From: an uncultured bacterium
Lineage (GTDB): Bacteria > Patescibacteriota > Minisyncoccia > Phycocordibacterales > CAIZLB01
Length of the DNA stretch: 46,196 nt
Direction of reading: 5' to 3'
Assembly: GCA_903933735.1 (NCBI GenBank)
Contig: CAIZLB010000052.1
Span: 1-46,196 of the forward strand
The notes under the pieces were generated by a model. That model did not search any database. It was given only the letters and a program-made list of their open reading frames with translations, and had not been told where the DNA came from. Positions 30,692 to 39,986 of this stretch are shown piece by piece. The position numbers were made by a program, and so were the translations under genes. Within the stretch, counting starts at the first letter, position 1. Each line of letters starts with the position of its first letter.

Positions 30692-30744
30692 AGTCAGGGG
30701 TGTATAATATGAATCCATTATCAATTAATCTAAAAAACTAAAAT

Positions 30745-31377
30745 ATGACACAAATAAATGATTCATTAAATTGGAGATATGCAACAAAGGCATATAATAC
30801 AAATAAAAAATTAACAGAAGATCAAGTAAATACACTTATAGAGTCGATTAGACTGTCCCCATCATCATATGGATTACAGCCATATAAAGTGATAGACGTC
30901 GAAACACCGGAGATACGTGAGAAATTAAAAGCGGCCGCTTGGAATCAAACACAGATAACAGATGCATCACAGTTACTTGTTTTTGCGGTACCTACAGACC
31001 TAAGTGATCAGCATGTGGATACTTTTATAGAAAATGTTTCTAAAACCAGAGTTGTAACAGTTGAATCTTTGAAAGAGTATTCGGATATGATAAAGGGTCC
31101 AATCAACTCTCGCACACCCGATCAAAGAAAAGAATGGTCAGCAAAACAAGCATATATCGCCTTAGGAATATTATTGAAAACAGCGGCGGATATGCAGGTT
31201 GATTCAACACCTATGGAAGGGTTTGATAGTGTGCAGTTCGATGATATATTGGGATTAAAAGAAAAAAACCTTACATCTGTGGTCGCGTGTACATTGGGCT
31301 ATAGATCTGAAGATGATATTTATGCAAAACTAACAAAAGTCAGGGTTTCAAAAGATGATTTGATAATAAAGATATAA
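30745..31377 (+). CDS. NAD(P)H nitroreductase family protein
   Basis: The protein contains WRYATKAYNTNKKLTEDQV...SPSSYGLQPYKV and has the length and layout of the NfsB/FRase family. Confidence 0.8.
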   Translation: MTQINDSLNWRYATKAYNTNKKLTEDQVNTLIESIRLSPSSYGLQPYKVIDVETPEIREKLKAAAWNQTQITDASQLLVFAVPTDLSDQHVDTFIENVSKTRVVTVESLKEYSDMIKGPINSRTPDQRKEWSAKQAYIALGILLKTAADMQVDSTPMEGFDSVQFDDILGLKEKNLTSVVACTLGYRSEDDIYAKLTKVRVSKDDLIIKI

Positions 31378-31410
31378 AACAATCAAGACAAAATGATGAT
31401 AAAAAACCAC

Positions 31411-31437
31411 CTAAAAAATGGTTTTTTGTTTAATATA
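31411..31437 (+). terminator. A/T-rich hairpin terminator after the nitroreductase gene
   Basis: The sequence is AAAAAACCA(N9)TGGTTTTTT. It lies inside the N-terminal extension of the track ORF 31393.., which argues for the later dedA start. Confidence 0.4.
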
Positions 31438-31455
31438 TCTGATATACTTAAAATC

Positions 31456-32043
31456 ATGACTGAAATACTTCACAATATCGCATTATGGGTTGAATCTTCA
31501 AAATATATACTTATATTTGTCGGAACTATCTTTGAAGGCCCTATAGTAATGCTGACCAGTGGTTTCTTATATAGTTTAGGTCAATTCAACTTGATACCTA
31601 TGTATATTGCATTAGTATTAGGTGATCTGACTGCTGACATCGGTTGGTATTGTTTAGGGCGATTTGGAGGGAGAAAGACTGTTTTCAAATACGGCCGCTT
31701 TCTTGGCGTAACACCTGAGATATTGGAAAAAGTTGGAGATAGTTTTAATAAATACCATCAAAAGATTCTAATCATATCGAAACTTACTATGGGACTCGGA
31801 TTTGCATCAGTCATATTGATCTTTGCTGGAATATCAAAAGTTCCATTTAAAAAATATCTAGTATTGAATCTAATTGGTGGTTTTATATGGACAGCAATTC
31901 TTATAATCATCGGATATTTCTTTGGCAATATTTATGCCTTAATACCAAATTACGCTAAAGTAGTATTTCTTATAGTTGTACTAGTTGGGGCAATATTTAG
32001 TATAAGATATTTTAATAAATATTTATCAGATAAAAAAATATAA
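31456..32043 (+). CDS. DedA/VTT-family membrane protein
   Basis: The start MTEILHNIALWVESSKYILIFVGTIFEGP has TATACT 7 nt upstream. The layout is DedA-like (..GDLTADIGWYCLGRFGG..). Confidence 0.8.
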   Translation: MTEILHNIALWVESSKYILIFVGTIFEGPIVMLTSGFLYSLGQFNLIPMYIALVLGDLTADIGWYCLGRFGGRKTVFKYGRFLGVTPEILEKVGDSFNKYHQKILIISKLTMGLGFASVILIFAGISKVPFKKYLVLNLIGGFIWTAILIIIGYFFGNIYALIPNYAKVVFLIVVLVGAIFSIRYFNKYLSDKKI

Positions 32044-32052
32044 ATAAATAAT

Positions 32053-33189
32053 ATGAACATAGCTTTTTTTACAGATACTTTTATACCTCAAGTAAACGGT
32101 GTAGCCAATACAGTCTATAGATCAGCAAAATCTCTCAGTGACTTGGGGCACAATATCTGTGTATACACCATTTCTAAAAATTCAGAAGAGGAATTAAATG
32201 CATTGGAACAAATAACAGGGACTAATATAAAAGTATATACATTACCATCCATAGATTCTCATATATATAAAGGTGAGAGATTATCCATACCCCTTGGTCT
32301 ATCCATAAAGGATATAAGGAGATTTAAGGCTGATATTATACACACACATACACCGTTCTCTGCTGGATGGGAAGCTGTTATATGTGCCAAAAGACTTAAG
32401 ATACTGTTAGTTGGTACTCATCATACTTTTTTCAATCATTATCTAAAATATGTTCACATGGATTATAAATGGGTAGAAAAGTTTTCTTGGACGTATACAG
32501 TAGGTTATTACAATCGTTGTAATATAGTTTTGAGCCCAACACAATCACTGGCAGATGGGCTTAGAGATAATAAATTAAAAAAAGAAATTGATATAATGCC
32601 CAACCCTGTTGATGTTGAAAAATATTGTCCAGCAATAAAAGAGGGCGCGCACGAAAAGACATTGCTCTATATGGGCCGTGTTAGTTATGAAAAGAGTATT
32701 GATCAAGTTATAAAAGCAGCACATATTGTAAAAAATACCATACCCAATATAAAGTTAATCATAGTTGGTGATGGACCAGAAAAAGAAAATCTTATAAAAT
32801 TATCTAATGATCTGGGGTTACAAGACAATATTGTATTTACAGGTTTCATTTATGGTGACAATCTTATAAGAACGTTGCAGTCTGGTGATATTTTCTTGTC
32901 TGGAAGCAAAAGTGAAAACATGCCACTTGCTGTACTTGAATCAATGGCCATAGGTTTACCAATACTCTCTGTATCATCTTTAGGTATGGTTGAAATAGTC
33001 AAAGATAATGAAAATGGTTTTCTACTTTCACCCGACAATCCAGATGAGATGGCTGAGAAAATATTATACCTCTTAAATGATGAACAGAAGCTCAAAGCGT
33101 TCTCTGAAAAATCAAGAGAATTATCTTTATCATATTCAGACACAGAGTATGCTAAAAAATTAATAGAAATATACAAAAAACTAATATGA
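32053..33189 (+). CDS. GT4-family glycosyltransferase (glycolipid-synthase-like)
   Basis: The N-terminus FFTDTFIPQVNGVANTV and the EX7E motif region SENMPLAVLESMAIGLPI are present. Confidence 0.85.
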   Translation: MNIAFFTDTFIPQVNGVANTVYRSAKSLSDLGHNICVYTISKNSEEELNALEQITGTNIKVYTLPSIDSHIYKGERLSIPLGLSIKDIRRFKADIIHTHTPFSAGWEAVICAKRLKILLVGTHHTFFNHYLKYVHMDYKWVEKFSWTYTVGYYNRCNIVLSPTQSLADGLRDNKLKKEIDIMPNPVDVEKYCPAIKEGAHEKTLLYMGRVSYEKSIDQVIKAAHIVKNTIPNIKLIIVGDGPEKENLIKLSNDLGLQDNIVFTGFIYGDNLIRTLQSGDIFLSGSKSENMPLAVLESMAIGLPILSVSSLGMVEIVKDNENGFLLSPDNPDEMAEKILYLLNDEQKLKAFSEKSRELSLSYSDTEYAKKLIEIYKKLI

Positions 33190-34190
33190 AAATATGTCTA
33201 TATTCAGAATTTTATAAAGCCTTTGGAGGCAAAGATAAAATAGGTGGTGGTTTAATATCAGCCATTGAAAATCAAAAGAAAATATTGAACTTTTTAAATA
33301 TACCTTTTACAGAAGATTATAAAGATTCTTGGGATGTCTTGCAGGTAAATATTCCATGGCCCATGTCCTTGCATAAAGCAATCAAAGCTAAAAGAGATGG
33401 GAAAAAAGTTATCATGTGGTCACATGTTACCGTTGAAGATTTGGAAAAGTCGGTCAAACTATTTAAAATAATACCTGGTATGGGTTATGTGATTAGAAAA
33501 TATCTCAAATATGCATATAGTATTCCCAATATGGTTTTTTGCCCAACACAATATACTAAAGATGTCCTTATATCTTATGGGTTAAAACACGATACACTGT
33601 TTGTGCAATCAAATGCTGTTGATATAAATAAATTTTTCAAAGATATAAAATCAAGAGATGAGTATAGAGCCAAATACAATCTCGAGGGAATAGTTATCGG
33701 AAATATGGCCTTAGTAATGTATAGAAAAGGTATTGATACTTTTATAAAATTAGCAGAGAAATTTTCACAAAACAAATTCATCTGGTTTGGCAAAATATTC
33801 AGTAAAATATTTGTTCAAAGGATATCATTAAATACGCCAAAAAATACCAACTTTACAGGATTTGTAGACAATGCCAATTCCGCATTAAATGCACTTGATA
33901 TATTTTTATTCCCTTCTTATGAAGAAAATCAAGGTATGGTCATACTCGAAGCCGCTGCTGTTGGACTCCCTATACTTATAAGAAATCTACCTGCATATGA
34001 AGGATGGATGATACATGATGCAAACTGTCTTAAGGCTGATAGTGATGAAGAGTTTGAAAAATATTTAAATCTATTGATATCAGACACATCTTTGAGAGAA
34101 AGACTTGGTAATGAAGCTTTATTATTAGCAAATAGAGAAAGTATACCGATATTGTCTGAAAAACTAAAATTAATATATGAAAAATTATGA
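33186..34190 (+). CDS. GT4-family glycosyltransferase
   Basis: It overlaps the upstream gene by 4 nt. The motif region YEENQGMVILEAAAVGLPIL is present. Confidence 0.8.
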   Translation: MKICLYSEFYKAFGGKDKIGGGLISAIENQKKILNFLNIPFTEDYKDSWDVLQVNIPWPMSLHKAIKAKRDGKKVIMWSHVTVEDLEKSVKLFKIIPGMGYVIRKYLKYAYSIPNMVFCPTQYTKDVLISYGLKHDTLFVQSNAVDINKFFKDIKSRDEYRAKYNLEGIVIGNMALVMYRKGIDTFIKLAEKFSQNKFIWFGKIFSKIFVQRISLNTPKNTNFTGFVDNANSALNALDIFLFPSYEENQGMVILEAAAVGLPILIRNLPAYEGWMIHDANCLKADSDEEFEKYLNLLISDTSLRERLGNEALLLANRESIPILSEKLKLIYEKL

Positions 34191-34990
34191 AAGAGACATT
34201 TTTCACAAAGAAAGGTCTGTATTATAGAACAAATGATTTTAGAGAAGATAGAGAGACTTTGGTATTCATACACGGACTCTCATCTAGTTCTTCAGCCTGG
34301 AATTTACATGAGAGATATTTTGAAGATAAATACAATATATTATTAGTTGATCTGCGAGGTCACGGTAAATCAATAAAATATAAAAAATATGAGGATTATG
34401 CTATAAAAAACTTTTCCTTGGATATATATGAGCTTTTAGGTGAATTAAATATAAAAGATTTTATATTCATCAGTCACTCTTTTAGTACTTTTATATCAAT
34501 AGAGTTTATGATTCTAAATCAAACAATGATTAAGAAGGCTATTTTCTTAAGCCCAAATCATAAAGTGGAAAACAATTTAAAAACCAATATTGTCAAGATT
34601 TTATTAAAATTAACACCAATTCTAAATATATTTCCATTCTCTAAAAAACCCGGGGAGCATGTTGATTATTTTAAATACATAAATACCGGAGACTGGAATA
34701 TACAGAGACTGTTAAAAGACACATTGAACACAGGAATACGTGTTTATTTATACTGTATAAAACAAGCATATACTTTCGATAGAGATGAGTTTTTAAAAAA
34801 CATAAACATACCAGTTTTAATAATACATGGTAAAAATGATAGTATTTTTCCAATCAAATATGCATATAAATTACATGAGGAGATAAAAAATTCAGAAATT
34901 GCTATAATAGATAATGCTGATCACACATTAGTATTAAATAATTTCAGTAAAACGTCATCGTTGATGGACAAATTTATTGAAAAAAGATAA
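34187..34990 (+). CDS. alpha/beta-fold hydrolase
   Basis: It overlaps the upstream gene by 4 nt. It shows FIHGLSSSSSAW, DLRGHGKS, the nucleophile elbow ISHSFS, and the late motifs IHGKNDSIFP and ADH. Confidence 0.8.
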   Translation: MKETFFTKKGLYYRTNDFREDRETLVFIHGLSSSSSAWNLHERYFEDKYNILLVDLRGHGKSIKYKKYEDYAIKNFSLDIYELLGELNIKDFIFISHSFSTFISIEFMILNQTMIKKAIFLSPNHKVENNLKTNIVKILLKLTPILNIFPFSKKPGEHVDYFKYINTGDWNIQRLLKDTLNTGIRVYLYCIKQAYTFDRDEFLKNINIPVLIIHGKNDSIFPIKYAYKLHEEIKNSEIAIIDNADHTLVLNNFSKTSSLMDKFIEKR

Positions 34991-34999
34991 TTTAAAATT

Positions 35000-35635
35000 A
35001 TGCAAGAAAAAATAGTAACCTATAAATCACTTTTTACAAATAAAAGTTTTTTGATTTCATTAATTATATCAATCATATTTTTATATATAAGTATTGTCAT
35101 AAACTTTTATGCTGGTAATTATGCAACCAGAAGCATAAGTAATCCTGTGACAGACATAATACTTTCGAACATAAGGGTATTTGACTTAGACAGCACCTTT
35201 ATATATGGATCAATGATCTTTATAATATGTATAGTTGTAGTTTTCTTACACAAACCACAAAGAATACCTTTTGCTATAAAAAGCTTAGCATTATTCGTTA
35301 TAACAAGATCTATATTCATTAGTTTAACACATGTAGCACCCTTCCCTTCGCAAACTATTATAGATTCTATATTTATGAGTAAATTCTCATTCGGTGGTGA
35401 TCTTTTCTTTTCAGGGCATACCGGTATGCCATTCTTGCTAGCTCTAATATATTGGAAAGATACGTGGACTAGGTTTATGTTCATGGGTTTTTCTTTTGGT
35501 TTTGCTATCGTTGTACTATTGGCGCATATACATTATTCAATAGACGTCTTGGCAGCATTTTTCATAACTTATACTATATTTCATATAGCAGAGTATTTGT
35601 TTAAAAAAGATAAGGAAGTTTTCTTTGAGATGTAG
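35000..35635 (+). CDS. PAP2_C / sphingomyelin-synthase-like phosphotransferase membrane protein
   Basis: GGDLFFSGHTG matches SMS motif D3 (GD-x3-SGHT). HIHYSIDVLAAFF matches motif D4 (HY[TS]xDV). Both sit in a polytopic membrane protein. Confidence 0.65.
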   Translation: MQEKIVTYKSLFTNKSFLISLIISIIFLYISIVINFYAGNYATRSISNPVTDIILSNIRVFDLDSTFIYGSMIFIICIVVVFLHKPQRIPFAIKSLALFVITRSIFISLTHVAPFPSQTIIDSIFMSKFSFGGDLFFSGHTGMPFLLALIYWKDTWTRFMFMGFSFGFAIVVLLAHIHYSIDVLAAFFITYTIFHIAEYLFKKDKEVFFEM

Positions 35636-35671
35636 GGTTTTGGATTCAAGTTAGAATTCAAATGGTGACTA

Positions 35672-35700
35672 TTGACAAATACTATAAACATGTTTATACT
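35672..35700 (+). promoter_or_regulatory. sigma70-like promoter (TTGACA, 17-nt spacer, TATACT)
   Basis: TTGACA lies at 35672-35677 and TATACT at 35695-35700. This places the real start at the ATG at 35755 rather than 35662. Confidence 0.55.
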
Positions 35701-35754
35701 ACTGAAGTTCAGGCCTTTAAAAAACCAGGTTTGACCCAACAACTACAACAACAC

Positions 35755-36612
35755 ATGGAAAACAGAGAGAGAAGAGTCGGAGTCGCAATAATACTTGCGA
35801 TAGTTAGTATGAGTATGTCATTGTCCGCCGCTATTACAGTCGTGGACATAACAATAAACAGCGGTCATCTCGGGTCGCGCTACGGCAATGACCCGAGACC
35901 GACGATTAATGCTTCGGGGTGGGTTAACCCCAATTGTGTAGCAAGCAATGAGTGGGACCTTAAGTTCCTAGCATATGATTATTCCACCAACCAGTTGATA
36001 CTGGGAAGTGGATTCAATCAGCTAGCCGGAAAGGACGGCATTATCTTAGGAGATATCTTTTTTGACACGAACAGTATTCTTACCTCACCATCGAGACCGG
36101 TTAACGCAGACGGTAATTATAAATATCCTAACCCCGGTTTCGAATTCTGTATCGATATCAAGTCGAGTTCGGTTGAGAATAGTACGTTAACCTTTGACCT
36201 AATTGGCATGTATTCCAATTCTATAGTGCAGAGTGGTTCACTAAACCAAAACAGGGTGGCAGACCCTGCCACTATCGTAAGGACCGATGCTGACAAATTT
36301 ATCGGCACAGGCGTTGCCGAGGTCAAGATCATGACAGATGATCAAATCAGGTCATTGCTCGATATTGATGTGGGCAATAACGGTAAGAACTATGTTTCCT
36401 TCTTTGACCTTCCGGCGAATTTTTTGCCACCAAACACAACAGTTAAGGTCAAGGAAACATTGACGTGCCTCAATGATGATGTCTGGGGTCAATACACCAC
36501 CCCCGATTACATCACCCCCGATGTAACAGCGGTCCCTGAGCCTGGAAATTGTTTGGCCACCATGACATTCCTATGCTCCGGAGCACTGATTCGCTTCCGT
36601 CGTCGGAAATAA
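35755..36612 (+). CDS. secreted protein with a C-terminal PEP-CTERM sorting signal (GC-richer cassette)
   Basis: The N-terminal signal is MENRERRVGVAIILAIVSMSMSLSAA. The C-terminus is VPEPGNCLATMTFLCSGALIRFRRRK, which reads as PEP, a hydrophobic helix and an Arg-rich tail. Confidence 0.7.
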   Translation: MENRERRVGVAIILAIVSMSMSLSAAITVVDITINSGHLGSRYGNDPRPTINASGWVNPNCVASNEWDLKFLAYDYSTNQLILGSGFNQLAGKDGIILGDIFFDTNSILTSPSRPVNADGNYKYPNPGFEFCIDIKSSSVENSTLTFDLIGMYSNSIVQSGSLNQNRVADPATIVRTDADKFIGTGVAEVKIMTDDQIRSLLDIDVGNNGKNYVSFFDLPANFLPPNTTVKVKETLTCLNDDVWGQYTTPDYITPDVTAVPEPGNCLATMTFLCSGALIRFRRRK

Positions 36613-36633
36613 ACCCAACCGCAAACTAACCCT

Positions 36634-36677
36634 CCTCACCTATTCAGAGCAATCTGTCTAGGTGGGGATATTTTTTT
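36634..36677 (+). terminator. intrinsic terminator
   Basis: CCTCACCTA(N16)TAGGTGGGG is followed by ATATTTTTTT. Confidence 0.6.
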
Positions 36678-36684
36678 ATAAAAT

Positions 36685-36712
36685 AAAACCCCGGGTCGCG
36701 ATGACCCGAGGT
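36685..36712 (-). terminator. intrinsic terminator for the ATPase gene
   Basis: On the minus strand, CCUCGGGUC(aucgc)GACCCGGGG is followed by UUUUAUUUU. Confidence 0.55.
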
Positions 36713-36730
36713 ATAATGTGTCTATACAGA

Positions 36731-37249
36731 CTAAATCCTATTTAAAATAAATTCCACTCTTTTATCAGGAGAAAGAACTGGGACACGAATCACACCGTAT
36801 CCTAAACTAATATAAGCATCAGCTATGGCCTCATGTATCCTTGTCGCCTCCTCAAAATTTTCGAGCCTTGATTCATCATTATTGTAATTAGGAAGTTGAT
36901 CTAGCAAAAATATCTTTTCATACCTATCGACAGATAATTCTATTAAACCCTCAGGTGTGGCTGTACCAAAATGTTTACAATATCCATGACCATCAATCAA
37001 ACCCCGGTCAAGAAAAACAATTCCATCATCTAGATCATTTTCCAACTCAAGCTGTCTATCCATAACCCTTTTCTGAAACTTAGCATTATCTTTCCAGGGA
37101 AGTGCGTCTCCATCTTTAGCTTGCTCAATCTCGATAACATAACGAGCGGCTTCGGGAACAATCGTGATTCCACGAAGAGATATAAGATCAAGTATAGTTG
37201 TCTTTCCAACACAAGGACCACCAGTAAGCACGTATTTGTATGTTTTCAT
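36731..37249 (-). CDS. AAA_28-type P-loop ATPase/kinase (NadR C-terminal-domain-like)
   Basis: The Walker A motif is in YVLTGGPCVGKTTILDLI. The size and layout match the predicted ATPase/ribosylnicotinamide-kinase-like family. Confidence 0.7.
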   Translation of the reverse strand: MKTYKYVLTGGPCVGKTTILDLISLRGITIVPEAARYVIEIEQAKDGDALPWKDNAKFQKRVMDRQLELENDLDDGIVFLDRGLIDGHGYCKHFGTATPEGLIELSVDRYEKIFLLDQLPNYNNDESRLENFEEATRIHEAIADAYISLGYGVIRVPVLSPDKRVEFILNRI

Positions 37250-37374
37250 GTTGATTGATAGGGCTTTTGCCCTAATATTAGTATTGTTTACAAAGGATTA
37301 TTTTTCTAGACTAGGAATATTGAGTCAAATCATTTTACCTAAACAGATTAGAAAAGATGTGTTACTATAGGTTT

Positions 37375-38046
37375 ATGCATGAAATCCAAAAAGAGATTTT
37401 AAAGAAATTATCTAATACCAAGAAAGCTCGATACAGCGAGCTTAAGAGAAAAGGTTTGGAGGGCAATGTTTTTAGTTATCATCTAAAGTCACTTATTAAA
37501 GAAAATTATATAAGCCAAAAAGATACAGGTTATGTGCTATCACCTAAAGGAAAACATCTGGCTGATAGAGTTTCTTCTATTAATTTTAATGAGAGGATGC
37601 AGCCTAAGATAGTAACCATGGTAGTCTTAAAAAATAATGATAAATATCTTTTATATAAGAGAAAAAAACAACCTTTCTTTGATTATGTAGGATTTCCATA
37701 TGGAAAGATACACCTTGATGAGAGAATCAATGACGCCGCATCGAGAGAGTTAACTGAAAAATCAGGACTTAAGGCCCAGTTGAAATACAGAGGACATGTA
37801 CACCTTACAGTTCATGATGAGACAGAACTGATAAGTAGTATGATTTGTTATGTGTTCACAGGTGACAAAGTTACAGGTGAACTTTTAAAAGAATTTCCTT
37901 CTGGTGAATGTTATTGGGGTAAACTAGATGATGTTGTAAAAAATAGATTACAGCCTGGAGCCATGAAGATACAAAAATTGTTAGAGAAAAATCCAAAAGA
38001 GATCTTTTTTGAGGAGTACTTTTTGAATACAAGTGAGGAGGTTTAG
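37375..38046 (+). CDS. winged-HTH plus Nudix hydrolase fusion protein
   Basis: The start is MHEIQKEILKKL. The wHTH segment is ARYSELKRKGLEGNVFSYHLKSLIKENYI. The Nudix box is GKIHLDERINDAASRELTEKSGL. Confidence 0.75.
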   Translation: MHEIQKEILKKLSNTKKARYSELKRKGLEGNVFSYHLKSLIKENYISQKDTGYVLSPKGKHLADRVSSINFNERMQPKIVTMVVLKNNDKYLLYKRKKQPFFDYVGFPYGKIHLDERINDAASRELTEKSGLKAQLKYRGHVHLTVHDETELISSMICYVFTGDKVTGELLKEFPSGECYWGKLDDVVKNRLQPGAMKIQKLLEKNPKEIFFEEYFLNTSEEV

Positions 38047-38085
38047 GTTGGGTAATATTTTTTTATTTATATTACTACGTACGAA

Positions 38086-38313
38086 CTAGTTATTATCTTT
38101 ACCCAACTCATTCTTATATTTCAACATCAAATCACCCAATACTTTCATAAAATCCCCTTCTGTCATCTTGTCTAAATCAAACAATGAAAAAGCTTCAATA
38201 TAGGCCGGGTCTTGCATAACTTTCCTCAAAACCATGTCGGCAATTTCATCATCTAAAATTACTTGTTTTAGAGGATCTGCTGTTATGATATTTTTATTAT
38301 TATTTGTTGTCAT
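38086..38313 (-). CDS. small acidic hypothetical protein
   Basis: This 75-aa ORF has a start that overlaps the stop of the upstream 377-aa gene by 4 nt. Confidence 0.5.
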   Translation of the reverse strand: MTTNNNKNIITADPLKQVILDDEIADMVLRKVMQDPAYIEAFSLFDLDKMTEGDFMKVLGDLMLKYKNELGKDNN

Positions 38314-39443
38314 ATATTTTTTATTATAACTTCATCTTTTTGCCATGTATCGTCTGGTAATTTGCAAGCCACTATACTTTTCCAAGTCAATGCTTTTCCT
38401 ATATGATGATTGTCTGGATCAATCAATCTATGATATAGCCCGAGCTCTTCGGCTGGTACCGGTATTTTAAAAACCACATCTCTGAGTTTAAACATCTTTT
38501 CTTTTTCTTCAGTTTTCAAATGAATAACTGTTGTATCGACAATATTTCTAAGACGTATTGCCAAAAGTATAGGATTGACACCCATCTGGTCTGCTCTCAT
38601 CTTTATATCATCCCATGAATTTATATCAGGGAAACTTTTGTCGACAAGAACAAAGTCAGCTAAAAAAGACATCCTGTCTTCTACTATCTGCATAAAACCC
38701 TCATCATCAATATCTTTAATTTTCTCAATATACCTACTTCCCTCAGAGGTACCAAGACCATTCAAAATCACTTCCTTGGAGGCTCTAATAAAATTAGAAT
38801 GTCGATCATGGACATCCTGTATCTGATTTTTATTCAACCTAGAGCTCTTAACCTCACACAAATCTACTTGATCTATCTGGTTTGAATCTTCACCTGTTCT
38901 TGCAATCAACATATCAACATTGTGCCTGGTATCAAGATAAATATTAAAGCCCATGAATGTAATATCTGTATCATTAGATAATGTTCTATAATAATCCACT
39001 ACACTTTTGACCCCTCTAAGCACAGCCTCAATACCGTACATGCTCTTCAAAAAATTACCCGAGGCTTTTTCAAACTCTTCAATAAATGAAGGGTGGGTTA
39101 AAACACCAACTTTTTTTCCAAGCAATGCAGCTTTTATTATAAACTGTTGAAGATATGATCCGCCCCTTGGAATACCTTTGGCATCAAATCTACCGTTGTC
39201 ATATCCACCTCTAATCTCCATGACTATTTTATCCCCCAAAAGTTTTCCAATCTTCCTAATATCAAGATCTCTTTTCTGAGGATCTTCTATGCCAGAGATA
39301 CGCTGTATTATTGCCATAAAATATCTTTCATTTTTAGACAAACCATCATACGAGCGAATCTCACGTTCAAAATACACCCTATTACCCATACTATCTGGTC
39401 TTCCTGCCACATCATGTGTCGATATTCTAGATATTTTTTCCAT
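38310..39443 (-). CDS. hypothetical protein with a possible PD-(D/E)XK nuclease core
   Basis: This is a 377-aa protein. NVDMLIARTGEDSNQIDQVDLCEVKSS gives a D...(17 aa)...ExK arrangement. The upstream segment GIPRGGSYLQQFI is reminiscent of PRTase-like loops, but no PRPP loop was seen. Both readings are tentative. Confidence 0.6.
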   Translation of the reverse strand: MEKISRISTHDVAGRPDSMGNRVYFEREIRSYDGLSKNERYFMAIIQRISGIEDPQKRDLDIRKIGKLLGDKIVMEIRGGYDNGRFDAKGIPRGGSYLQQFIIKAALLGKKVGVLTHPSFIEEFEKASGNFLKSMYGIEAVLRGVKSVVDYYRTLSNDTDITFMGFNIYLDTRHNVDMLIARTGEDSNQIDQVDLCEVKSSRLNKNQIQDVHDRHSNFIRASKEVILNGLGTSEGSRYIEKIKDIDDEGFMQIVEDRMSFLADFVLVDKSFPDINSWDDIKMRADQMGVNPILLAIRLRNIVDTTVIHLKTEEKEKMFKLRDVVFKIPVPAEELGLYHRLIDPDNHHIGKALTWKSIVACKLPDDTWQKDEVIIKNI

Positions 39444-39458
39444 TATTCTGTAAGTATA

Positions 39459-39968
39459 TCAGAGATTGATATAACAATTCCACAAATACTTAATATTATC
39501 TCTAGTCAAAACCCCTAAAACCTCATCTTTCTCTACCCATACAAAATCAGCGATAGCTTTTTCCTCTTCAGACACAATATCTTGTTCTAGATCTTTAAGT
39601 TTTGCAATAACTAGATGATAGTGGGCTAAGCGATTTACATTCTTTATGGGATGAAAAAATAAACCATGAGAAACATGGTCTGTTTGTTTTATATCCCCAA
39701 CATTTTTATATCCGGTTTCCTCATGTATCTCTTTTACAACAGTTTGCTCTAAGGTATCTCCATCTTCTATACCTCCAGTTAAAAAGCCATTCCAATTTGA
39801 TTTCTTCCATCTAGCTATAAGATAAGATTCGTCTGTCGGATGTTTTATGATGACCGCTATAGGATCACGCTCTATGATAGGTTTATCTTCCTGAAATGAA
39901 TCAGATCCCCCATCTGTGTTTATGTCTATATTTGGATATTTTTCTTTTAGTTGCTGTATCGTGTTCAT
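39459..39968 (-). CDS. Nudix hydrolase
   Basis: The Nudix box GGIEDGDTLEQTVVKEIHEETGY is present. Confidence 0.8.
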   Translation of the reverse strand: MNTIQQLKEKYPNIDINTDGGSDSFQEDKPIIERDPIAVIIKHPTDESYLIARWKKSNWNGFLTGGIEDGDTLEQTVVKEIHEETGYKNVGDIKQTDHVSHGLFFHPIKNVNRLAHYHLVIAKLKDLEQDIVSEEEKAIADFVWVEKDEVLGVLTRDNIKYLWNCYINL

Positions 39969-39986
39969 GATGTTTATATTTTATAA

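Noticed and set aside
32850-37370. Shadow ORFs 32850..33176, 33575..33793, 33929..34273, 34671..34853, 35119..35484, 36117..36332, 37030..37221, 37164..37370, plus 38575..38826 and 41500..41718
   Set aside because: They lie antisense or out of frame within well-supported genes, and nothing independent supports them.
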